From the NCBI RefSeq assembly GCF_964194025.1, contig NC_134468.1, positions 78,678,001 to 78,742,000 of the forward strand: a stretch of 64,000 nt of DNA. The letters run 5' to 3'. Of this stretch, positions 38,565 through 50,385 are shown one piece after another. The translations under genes were made by a program, and so were the position numbers. The DNA is from Convolutriloba macropyga (taxonomy: Eukaryota). Within the stretch, counting starts at the first letter, position 1, and each line of letters starts with the position of its first letter. Under the pieces are notes generated by a model. The model did no database searches and was not told the origin of the DNA. It worked only from the letters and a program-made list of their open reading frames with translations.

Positions 38565-41500
38565 ATGAGTGAAAGTAAACAAAATAACACTGAAGAAGAC
38601 TACAGGAATTTTGTGATGTCACTTAGTAAAACTTTTCCGCCGGCTACTTGGCCGCTCTATACTTTACGGTAACTCTTGAATATTGAAAGGCTTATCGCGG
38701 TAAATTTAACCAGGAGTTCGCGCGCTTTTTGGTCGCAAAGTTTATCACCTAATTCTATTATCACCCCGACACAATTTGTACAAGTGTAAAACATTTTAAG
38801 GATAGGCAGTAAATTTTTAAACTAAGAAAAACAGAGCATAGTGCAGACAAGAGATATGGGTTCCTTGTTTGATTTTTTCTGTTAATATTTAAATGAATTT
38901 GCAATAAATTGCATTAATTCACTTTCATGCAAGAATCTAGCAAGGATCTAGCAAGACTTGGTGTCCCTAATCGGTGCTTTGAAAACCTGTTTAAACACGT
39001 GGGCTTAATTAAATTATTGGGTTAAACTTGAAAGGTTTTGAATTGGGATCTTATTTTTCCTAGCATTTTTTGAACGCTCCCGATACCCTTATCATAGAAT
39101 TAGAACACAATTTTCAATGTGTCCCCGATAGAAATTAGTGATGATGCGTCATTACAACGCAGAGGTATAAACCAAAATTTATGACCCAATAGTAAAACTG
39201 CCCCGAAAATTAGATACATAGAATGAACGAAACTAGGACACATCTTTTGTATCTTAGTTTTCGCAAAAGGGGTTCCACCAATTTTGCGAAATAAAAGAAC
39301 ATTGGGAACGAAAAGTAGGTTAAAAGTTTTGTAGCGTTTTTCCGCTCAATTTAGGTATCTATTATTCGCGCGCATTTTGAGCATGCAATAAGCACTTTAA
39401 TAAAGATTTAATTGAAGCTTTCAAAGCTTTAATGTGCTTTAAACACATGCAACCACAAAAATTAATTTTTTTTGGAAAAATTCCTCGCTTATCAAAGGCT
39501 TTGTATATCAATATGGGACAGGCCGATTTCAATAAGTAGTAATAAATTGTACTAATAAGTAGTAATAAGTAGTAATAAAGTACTATGAGTAGTAATAAAG
39601 TACTACTAGTAGTAATATGTTAGGCTTAATTATATAAGTAGTAATTAAGTTAGGCTTAATTGCGGATTATATGCGAAATCAAGCTTCATTGCGTGCGAAA
39701 AATTGATACATAAATGGAGCAGATGCGTGATACAAGCCGTGCGAAAAATAGGTTTTAAATTTTGTACTTGTTATTCGCGGCTAGGATTAGGACACTTTTG
39801 CAAACACGGGTTGCTAATTTGCCTTCCATTTTGCTGGTTTCTGCTAAAGTAGCTATTTTCCGCAGTAGGGTTCCATTTTCATTGTATTAACGTAGTAAAA
39901 ACGAACACGAGATACACGCATCGGGCTTATCTGCCCGTGACGATTTCGGTATACCTCTGCGTCGTTATGTTGAAAAAATCAACCCAAGCCGGATCATATT
40001 GCAAGATTTCTGCAATATTTGATTCAGCTCATCACTAGATTTAACAGGAAATCAAAACTTTAGTTGCCGATTGATATAATAGCTGATTTGTATTTTCATA
40101 TTTGTCTCGATCTGTCTCTATCTTCTAAGATTTTTCTGAGATTTGAGTTCTCTCCATCACTAGGGTATCATTACTATGTGATCGACTGAACAGCAAGTTT
40201 AGCCTCCATTTCCGGGGGGAACAAGAGTTTTTTTCATAATCTATAAAACTGATGCATTATGTCTGACTTAACAATGGGCCATAATTAACAATTCATTGTC
40301 TGTAATGTATAAAACTAGCTAGCCGTAGCCACAAATCGATACAATATTCAATTTCACATTCTCAATTAGTCATTTAATTGTTTCGTGGAAACATAACTCA
40401 TAAAAAGATCAACATTGAATTCAATTATTAACAATAATTTGGTCTTCAAATTCTATATCGATCTCTCCAGTGCAACTTGATTGAAGTTTAATTCGAATTG
40501 TATTGGAAAAACTCGCGACTGATGTTTTCATTGTTAAAATTTGCCAATTTGATTTATGAGGTTCGTTCATGTATAATTTGGGTAATTTAACCTGATTTGG
40601 ACCAATATCTGGTATGATGTGTAGGAAGGAACTGGATCAGAAGTTGATTTGGCAGAAATATGGCTACCTGTTCAAAGTACCAGCCTACACTGATTCCCAC
40701 CTGAGGAGGAGTGCAATTGACAAGTTCAGAAGAAACGACGAGAAGAGACAGTATGCTAAAGATACCCAAATCTACTCAAATTTAGGTTACTAACTTTCTT
40801 TAAAATTGCTCATCTCACTGAAATTTAAGACTTGCTCAGAATTGGTTATCATCACAATTTCGCCCGTTCAAAATTTGGAGTTGTTTTGAACGCACTTCAC
40901 ACCCCCCCCCCTCCCGTTGCTACAGGTTGCGAACTTTCTTCATTTCCACACTAAAATTTGAAAGCGATCATACTTTGGCTCGTTCAAGATTGGTTAGGAT
41001 CACAGTTGGTTTGAAACATGGTAATAATTTAAATTGATTGAACATTTCTATTCAATATATCACCAAAATTTTTTAACGAAATCTCAATCACCTCGAAACT
41101 GACAAAACATGCTAAAAAATTGTCATTGCGTTATTAAATAAACAAGGCGGCTCGTTAATGTGCGTTCGCACATGATGTTCCGACCCGAGCCCATCTGCAT
41201 GTTTGGCTTAACTGTCAACCAAATGAAGAGATAAAAAAATAGATGTTTGAGTTTTAAAAAATTGTTACAAAACCTAAAAACTAATGGAATTACATAATGC
41301 CCTGCCTTATTACAGCGCTCACGAGATCTGCCAATAAAAAGACTACGGGAAAAAACAACAAACAGCAAAATAAGCAAAAACAAAAATTTCACGGCACAAA
41401 ACCATTATATAAATTTAAAAGCACTCAGTAACAACGTCAAAATGCAATCAGATAAAACCTTAACAACACAAATTTAGTGTTTCCTAACTATACAGCAGAT

Positions 41501-44500
41501 GGATGTTTTCCATAATGAGATTAGGTAAAAAGTCAACATAGAGAAAAAAAATGAGGTTAAACTCAAAGACCAATCATTATTTCTTAATCCAAATAATTTC
41601 AAAAGTCTAAAAAATCTTTAGCTTATAACGAAATAATTCTTGATAAATTTACTAAAAAGTCATTATGAAAAAATGGGACCTGTATTTGCTTAGACTAAGC
41701 CATAGGAACGGACTAAATACGCAGAAAATCTCAAAAAATTACGAACAATTTACACAAAGACGCAGAAAATCTCAAAAACAACGAACAAAAACACAAGTTA
41801 TCGAAGCCATTAAAGTCATTAGCTATTATCTGAATTTTAGGTAATTTTATTTCAGTTTTCATTCATACTAATTCAACTAAAATTATACTGAAAGAGTAAA
41901 AAAGTTCGTTCATTTGGGTCACATTTGCAAATCATTGGGATCTGTTATTACCTGAATAAGCTAAAAGAAGAGAAAAAGAAACACAAATGCACCACTCACA
42001 ATTGTTTTATGAAAACGCATTTTGTCCACAAACAGAACATCAGTTACGACATAAAATCAGTAGGCATGTTATTTTTTGGAATTCAAGGACTTGGATAGAA
42101 CCTCTCAATGACGAGAATAAGTTACAAGTTGACGAAAAGAACAACAAAAACTGAAAAGTTTGAAAAGTATTGAACATTTATAATATCATAATTTTTAGGA
42201 CTATTGGCTATAAACTGACAGTTTCGGGTAACAACATTCATTTAATCATCAATTACAATTTTATGTGACCGGTCAGAATTTTTGGGCTACCTAAAAATAA
42301 AAAAAAAGGCAAAAACAGCAAACTCAAAAAAATTAAGCGAGAAAAGTGTCAACACCATCAGAGAAGGAACTTTTCAGTATGATCTCTTCTATTTTCAATT
42401 AAATTTTCAACAGCATGGTGATTGTTTTTTTTGTTACAAAATGACTTGAAAAACAACAAATATAAACAATTATATTAAAACCAAGAAGTTTTTGAGAAAA
42501 CCCCTGGTATCAAAGACATTAAATTCAATAGTTTTTGACGGAATTAAAAAAACACGCTAAGTTCTGCATCGATGGAATAGCAATCACACGTTTCATTCAT
42601 AGGTCATCAATAACTAATCACAATAAGTCGTATGGCAATGAAAATTATATCAAAACCACGAAATTTTTGAGAAAATCCATAGTATCAACGTCTTAAAACT
42701 CAATAGCTTTCAACGGAAGGCATTTAATACGCTAAATTATGCCTAAATTATGTAACAACAAGGATACTTGTCATTAAAAAGTTATCAATAAGATATAAAA
42801 ACATGTCATTGGCTATGAAAACAACAACAAATACAGGCAAAATTCAAAAATTCAGTAGAAAAGTGCAAGAAGAAAGTGTGGAAGCCATTGAAACCATAAG
42901 CTTTTTTTCTCTGAAAAAATTTTCTGCGATCCATTGAACAGCTTCTGTACGCCAATTGGAGCTGTCAATATTAGGATATTGTAATATGATTTCAAAAGTA
43001 ACCAAAATTACTTAAAAAAATATATACAAAAATTAAAAATAAATTATGAAAACTCGTGCACCGAAGTCAAAAAACCAATAGTTGGAAGACAAAACCGCTA
43101 ACTAGATAAATTGTTGTTAAAATAAAAAGAAAAGGGGTTCTGTCATAACTGAGACCGACTTACAGTTCACGGAAAAAAGTTTAAGATTGATTAGTGTTCA
43201 AAAAAATTTTCTAAAAACCACATTTTAAATACTTAACAACCATTAAATTCAATAGCTTTCAACAGATGTCAATGAATACGCTCAGCTAGGCCACGATGTG
43301 AATACACGGATGTTTTTATGCCTAGGTAATCAATAAGACATCACAATATTTCTTATGACTATGGAAAAACACTAGAGTCAAAAACCAAAAATTCTGTAGA
43401 AAAATACTAGCAGAAAGTGTTGAAGCCATTTAAACAATCCTTTTTTTCTCTGAAAACTTTATCTATGATCCTTTGGACTTCTTCGCTAAAACATTTGTAG
43501 CCATCAATATTAGGATGACGTGATAAGATTTCAAAAGTAACCAAAAAACGAAATGTCCAAGACTTAAAAAAAAATTGAAATCTTGTGACATTGAAATCAT
43601 TTAATCAATAGTTAGTTGCTAAAACCGATAATGAGATTAATTTTGCTTGCAGTAGGAAGGAGTGGGGGTCCTGTTTTTACTGAGACGAACTTACAGTTCA
43701 CAAAAATAGGTTTATAACTTACTAATATAAAAAAAATTCGAAACTTGTTTTCAAAGTCTTAACAGCCATTAGCTCTCCACTCACAGCACTAGATAGGTTC
43801 ACCTAATGCTCAGTACAAAATCTATTGCGCCCTTAGTCAACGAGTTTATGCCATGGAATTCTAAAACTTTAGTAAAACCTCAAAAATAAAATCAAAATTT
43901 CATTTGAAATTACGAAAACTGAGATACGACTCCAAAAAAAAACATGAGCGATCCCTTGGAAACGAAGGTTTTGTTCATTGGGCTTCATTTGATTGTAAAT
44001 AAGGTTTGTAATTAACGGAACCTTTATATTAGAAGTTACTAGTCTCTAGGTGACTTGAAAAGACAAAAAAAATGCAAAATTTTCGAAAAAAAGAGCTCCC
44101 AAATAGAATCCGATTTTTTTCGATATTAAACTTCCCTCTCAGACTAGAACTGGTCTTTTTATCGCCTATCGTCTATTAAGAAGCAAACATTGATTTATTT
44201 TGTCGCGTGAAATCTAATTTTGAATTAAACTTTTCGTAGAAAAAAATGTTAGTTCGAACAAAAATTACGGTAAAAGTGATCAAAATTGAACCAAATATCC
44301 CGTGTTCACACAAAACTTCAATCCTCGATAACTCTTCGAAAAAAATTGAAATTAAAAAATCTTTTTAGTTTTGAATTCTACGCTGGATGAGCTTTTTAAT
44401 GATATCACTCACATTTCTCTACGATGAATATATCGGTCGGCCAAAATTGACTGAACAAAAAAAAACCCATTTGAATATATAGTTCCTCCCCCCACAAATG

Positions 44501-47500
44501 GGTCGGAACAAAAAGTCTTGGGCAAAATCAAGAAATTATCCGCCAAAGAAGACAGGGGACTTACTAACTAGGATGCAGGAACTCCATATTTTAAAATTTT
44601 AACACGGGGATATGAGCACACCAAAACATCAGAGATAAACTCTTCCAACATAAGAGGTTATATAAACTGTCCCATTTTAATTTTAAATAAAACTTTGTCT
44701 TAATTTCGTTTATTTTCTCTCATAATTTGCTTATCTCTCTGTAATACTTGTATGCTTTGTTTCCCTAACTTTAGTTTCGTCCAATAAGTCACTATTCGAC
44801 TCTCTCCACAGTATCAACTCGTGCCCAGAACCCCTCCCCTCCTCGGACCCCATCGCCTCGTCCTCCAACAACAACCAAGACAGCAACACCCACAAAACAG
44901 CTGCTTACAAGAAGACTCTTCTGGCTCCCGAGGAGAGGAGTTGCTACTCGTGTCATGACACTATTTGGGAGAAGGTGTTGGTGGGGAGTGCCAAACACAG
45001 ACACTACGCAATGTTGCAGAAGAAAAGACAAGATGCAATGTTGCAGGGATTGAAATGCAAGGTATGCGATACACTGTGAAATGAAACTTGACACAACTTG
45101 CCTTGTCATGCAAGATCTTGATAATTTTTGCAAAACTTGAAAAATCTTGCAAAGATCTTGTTGCTTCATAGCCATAATAAAAGTTGTGGTTAGAATTTTT
45201 TATTGACAATCAGCGTGACACAGACGGAAATTTCAGGCTCTTTTAAATATGACTAGATTCACACGAACACTCAACTGTGATTTTTGAGCCAAAAGTGGTG
45301 TGATCCAGGAAAATTGCGTGACATTGTGACATTTTATACTGACCACAATTGCATCTCAAACAAACGTTATAACCGAAGAAAACATTTTCAGGCTTGCTCC
45401 AATTTCTGTTCATGCTATTTCTTAGACGTTTTGATCATTTTAGCAAGAGCAGCTGCAGAGGCAACAGACGGACTACTTCAGAAGAATATCAACTCTGATA
45501 CCAGGAGGGGACACAAGTGTTAAGAGCAAGTCCAAAATCAACAGTCTCGGAGATCTTCTCTTTCTCCTTAGTAAGAGTTGTTTGGTATCTTTCCAGTTTT
45601 TATATGCATACAGTATTTTCTGTTATTTCAACTATTACTTTCTAATCTTAGGCGCAACGGATTTTTATATGAAAAAACACAAAAATAACTGTTTTCTTTT
45701 TTTTTGCTTTGTTTTTTTTCTCATGAATTAGCAGCTGCCTAATTTTAGCGTTATTTGTTCAATTATTTCTGTTACCGCAATTACAATAATATCATTTTTT
45801 TGTGATTTCTTGTTGCGCATACAATTACTTATCCTGGGTCGCCACTTCTTAGTAGTCATACAAGGATCATATATGATCTCATATAAATCATAACGTATTT
45901 CCTAGTACGATCCTTGTATGACTACTAAGAAATCATACATGATCCTTGTATGATTACAGTAAATCATATATCATCTTGGTATGATTAGCAAAAATCATAC
46001 ATCTGTTCTTCATAAATCATTTTCCATTTGTGTTTTTCAAAATTGTATTCGGTTAGGCATCACTTTTGTGATTCCCCGGCGTCAGTTTGTGATCCGCCAA
46101 AAGACCCTAACCTACAATATCATTTGCAAAGTTGGGCACTAAAAAAAGAATGAGTCCAAATAAATAACTATATATCTGATACTCTCTGAAGCCAGTTAAT
46201 ACCTATAAATGCTCATTTATAGGAAACATAGACTATAAATGTCCAAATTTTAGCATTAAACATCAAAATCGTTTTGTATATATGTCTAAATGGCAAAGTT
46301 ATTCTTTTAGTGCATAAAAAGTATCAAATGTCGATTGCAATTGCAATATATTCATTTGATATGTCCTCTGACTACATTATAGGGGAATTTTTGGCTCCAG
46401 TCAGTGTTTTATGTGTCATATATGACCTTATATAATTTCAACGAAATTTTTCAACCTCGATAGAAAATGAAAATTAAACAGTTTTCAGGGTTTGAAATTT
46501 TTTGCATGATCCCTGAATGATTACTAGGAAATCATATATGATCCTTGTATGTCTACCAGAGTTCGTACAAATCATATTTGACCTAGTATGACTACAAGAA
46601 TTTTGTACGATGAGCGAACAGGGATTTAGCTTTTGTTTATCCTTCTTAAATTTAACCAGCATCTTTATCCTGAAAGAACTTGCTTTGTAGTCTTCAAACA
46701 GAAATTAAAGAAACTTTGAGAAACAAAACGACCATTTGCGGTATGATGGGATATTTTTCTTAAGTTCCTTAGTCGTCGAATTTGTAAATTGTAAGAGTGG
46801 TTTTCTTGTAAAAAACAGCACGTGAGATTTTACAATTTGATTGGTTAATTTATAAGATATTGCTAGTTAAGATTTGGATAAAAAATCAAAATCTTGCAGT
46901 GGAATGCATCACCTTGTAGAAACTTGCAGAAAACTGCACAATCTCACTTATCAACCATGTGCACTCGCCCCGAAAGTATAAATTAATTGTAACGCCTGGG
47001 CACAAAAAAGCCCTAATTTTACACTATGAACTGACACGTACTCTGTAAGTGTTGGGATCAGTGAAACACATGGGCCAATAGCGGAGATGGTCCGTTTTTT
47101 TGAGAACTTTTCAATCTCCGTTTTCATAAGTTTACGTGAATAATAAAATGTGCGCTTTTGTACTGAGAACAATTTTCATAACCTAATACTGTCGGCAAAC
47201 AAAAATTATTGGTAAGAATTAGCCCTATTTTGAGAGTTGTTACCTATTCATTAAAAATACAACATTCGTGTCCACTTGTTCGAGAGAGCAGGAGACAAAA
47301 GTGGTACACCGGAGGTACGGGACTGTTAGTTCCAGAAGATAATAAGATTTCTCGAAGATAAGATATTTAATTAATATACGAGAAAACCCGATACAAACAC
47401 AGCAATAAATGAAGTGCTCGGAATTTGAGAGAACAACATTTGTTTCTACATAACATATAACACGTGTTATCTATCAAATCCTATAGCATAAGTTTAGCTA

Positions 47501-49330
47501 TAACTTTTAACATATAACATTTTTGTTCTTGTTCTTACAAGATACTTCTTAAGTGAACAAATTTTTGTCTTAAGTTCTCTTAGAAAGCCAATTTCTGTGA
47601 ACAAATTCATCAGGTGCCTTCCTATAGCGTAGCCAGTTGTTGATTACCTGCAAAAAATATGTCTGATATCAAGCCGAAATGAGTCTTGAAAAAGTTATTC
47701 CAAAAGGCGATTCCAAAAGCGTATGCCTTCAATTTACTAGCGGCTCTGAGCTACCGTTCTTCTATTCATACAATCTATCTAGCACCTAAACGAATAGCGT
47801 TTAAAAACAAATTGACCAAGATTTTGCGAAAGAAAAACGCTTGATTAATAGTGTCTTGATTAATTAACCGCGAGGATAATGGTAGCGTGGTTGAGCTGCT
47901 ACAAGAAATTTCTTAGAAGAGATTGATTTTCTATCATATACTCATAATGTGTGTCGGTCAATTCAGCTTTTTTGTTCCTTCAACTCTGCTCGGGCTTCCA
48001 AGTTTTCTAAACCTCGTAACTTTTTTTAACATTAAAATTCTATTAGGCACATTTATTCAATATAACAATAATTGGGATTTGAAGTATTTACCGCTTTAGA
48101 ACCAAACAAACTTTTATATTTTGCTTGACCTTACTCCTTAACAAAAACATATGCAGCATTCAAGTTTCTCTGCTGCTCAGACACCTTCGAAAAAATCACC
48201 GCTATTTAGCGTAAAGAAATATAATTGTGTGGCCTATATTTAAATACCGTTACGCGGGTGTTTACATGGTTGAGTTACAGTGGGCTTCTTCGTACGGCCA
48301 TGTTTCAGTAAATTATTACCTCTAAAAATGGCTAACCAGGATTCCTGAATTTTTGGTTATTTGGAGTTATGTTCTTTTTTGACTAAATATCATTTTCTCA
48401 GAAGTCGCTACTAGTTGTTACTTCATTGGAAATTTATTTCAATGGATTGTAATTTAGATTCTGTCCTGATATTTTTACAACCCATCGAATTTGGATTATT
48501 TTGTTGCTCTGCTTTTTTTGTAAGGCCTGTTCATTTGGTTTCGACTTATTGACGTCAATGAGAAGGCAAAATTTTTCTTGATAATTTTCTTTTTTTAGTG
48601 AAATTTTGTTGAGCTTCCCAGTAGAACAAATTTAGAGTCATTGCAGGTTTTCAGTTAATAGCTGTTTTTATAAATTTTTTGCTTTGTAGTCTCAAAATAA
48701 TAGTGAATTGGTTAGTCTTGCCCCTATTTTTGTTGTTTTCGTTGTCTTATTGCTTTTTCTGGATAACGACAAATCACAATGACCTTCCAATGAGACATCA
48801 ACAGACCTATTCAATGTTTACAGTTGAGAACCTTTAATCTTTATTACTTTATCACTGTGTATTCACCTGAAATAACAATTAATTTTGAGTTTTGTCCGAT
48901 AATATTTTTCTTTTTGATCAGTTCATTTTCAGATCAGATCAACGTCACCTGATACATTCCTGTCCTTCTTTTAGAGTCCATCAAGTTTCAAATTACAAAG
49001 CATGAAATATTCTTTTATAATTTGAATGTTTCCCATTCCTGCCTCGTTTGCTCCACAAGAAAGCTAAAAGTTAGGATGAGCGCGCTTCGAACATTATGTG
49101 TTAACCCACATTAGAAAACCTCCTTATTCGGTGTAAAATAATTTTTAGACTATAAACTCCACGAAGAGAAGGCCAGTTTGGAAAAGAGAGACGAGTGGCA
49201 GGCGAGGTCAACCCAGCCTGGAGTTCACGAGAGAAACACCAAACTGCGCTGGAAAAAAGCTGTCAAGACAATCAAGGTCGACTCTTACAACATCGGCAAA
49301 AGTGAAATTAGAGAGTTTCTGCGAGGATGA
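38565..49330 (+). CDS. Predicted spliced host gene, ~233 aa, unknown function (exons 38559-38668, 40625-40750, 44812-44974, 45444-45570, 49149-49330)
   Basis: All introns GT-AG with matching phases 2,2,0,1; no internal stops; ends REFLRG*; upstream 50-bp intron 38509-38558; start codon uncertain. Confidence 0.65.
39150..39969. mobile_element. MITE-like segment with 20-bp TIRs containing an AATAAGTAGT minisatellite (39530-39660)
   Basis: CATTACAACGCAGAGGTATA vs TATACCTCTGCGTCGTTATG (18/20 complementary); no TSD seen. Confidence 0.5.
41141..44512 (-). mobile_element. HINE H3 (intronic)
   Basis: AACAAGGCGGCTCG..ATGTGCGTTCGCACAT..TGTTCCGACCC at 41141; GGGTCGGAACA at 44500-44510; internal diverged tandem repeats. 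Confidence 0.8.
45833..46623. mobile_element. Possible CCC..GGG-type MITE with ATCATATATGATCC subterminal repeats
   Basis: CCTGGGTCGC.. and ..GCGAACAGGG ends; GATCCTTGTATGA repeats near both ends; 22-bp perfect inverted pair ~45847-45868 and 45909-45930. Confidence 0.45.
49074..49129 (+). mobile_element. Degenerate HINE 3' end (H4)
   Basis: GGATGAGCG..CGAACATTATGTG..CACATTA..CCTCCTTATT, homologous to 16256-16310. Confidence 0.5.
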
Positions 49331-50055
49331 AGCTAATACTATTTCACTTTCCGTTTTCGCTGTTATTGAAAGTAGTTCATAATTCATTTATTTTCTGTAA
49401 CTCAATCTGTAGCTGTTCTTAAAAATAGAAATTTGATTACTCCGTTATTGTTAGCTATGAAGACAAAAATAGAACTGACCTCTGATAGAAATCGATGTTC
49501 CTGCCAGGATTGCTGCGTCCGGAATTACGTGCGTTCCTTATTTTCATGTGATTAGACTTTTGTGTATATCTGAACGGAACGCGGCAGAATGATCCGATTG
49601 CACACTAAATTTTTCTGAACAACTGACTCTTTTTATACGGGTACCAATAGAACAGACCGCATAAATTTGCCATTTCGAGCAAACTTGCTCAATATCATAA
49701 CTGAAATCCATTTTAGGTAATAATTTTGGTTCCTGCGTAATCGCAGCGGAACAGCATTAGGCCACAGCGGCCTGTTCTCAGCTGTCCTTTTTCTTATTAT
49801 TCCCCACATTTCAGACTGATCTTTTTATGAGCAGAATTGCTCTTTTTTGGCGACTATGGCCTCTTTTTTTGCATCTGAAACTTCCACGCGGTACCATAAT
49901 TGCAGTCAACATTGGTCAGGCTATGGTCAACCTGAAGTAAACATGGCTTCTTAACTCTGTTAAAACCCTCATTTTCTTCTAGACTAGTACTGTGAAATTT
50001 ATGGTTCCTGTTCTAATTTGTGACGTATCAGACCATGTAAACCTTGAGGCAGAAT

Positions 50056-50385
50056 CTCGGGTCGAGTTTTTCAGTGAAATAATGTAAGATTTTTGGTGAA
50101 AAAAAATGTTTATTACTCCAAAGCGTCGGCTTTTTTGGCGGCGAATTTTAGTAAGATTTGTGCTTTTCGATGATTAAAGTATGTAAGAATTGCTGCTTTT
50201 AGCGGTGAAAATTGATTTTGTAACAAATTCAGAGCAATTTCTACAAAAATGAACTCCGCGCAACAATTCAAATATTAGCATACCATTTCTTGTTGTAATG
50301 AAAAAAAACTCATTCCAATTCGCGGCGAATCTTTAAGAGTTTAATGTTTGTAAAATTAGCGTTTTTGGTGGTAAAATTTATAGTA
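50056..50385. mobile_element. Degenerate GCGGTGAA-family MITE left part
   Basis: CTCGGGTCGAG followed by (G)CGGTGAA and TGTAAGA motifs. Confidence 0.5.

Noticed and set aside
38335-38775. LTR or RT fragment (VSYLGY) belonging to the second gypsy element
   Set aside because: No PBS or partner LTR; the peptide match is too short; the region is better explained by host exons
40575-40592. Resemblance to the nematode SL1 spliced leader on the minus strand
   Set aside because: Partial AT-rich match with no following donor or Sm site; likely chance
12943-44510. One giant 31.5-kb TIR transposon
   Set aside because: The inverted ends are better explained as 5' ends of two separate, oppositely oriented HINEs, each with its own 3' end; no TSD
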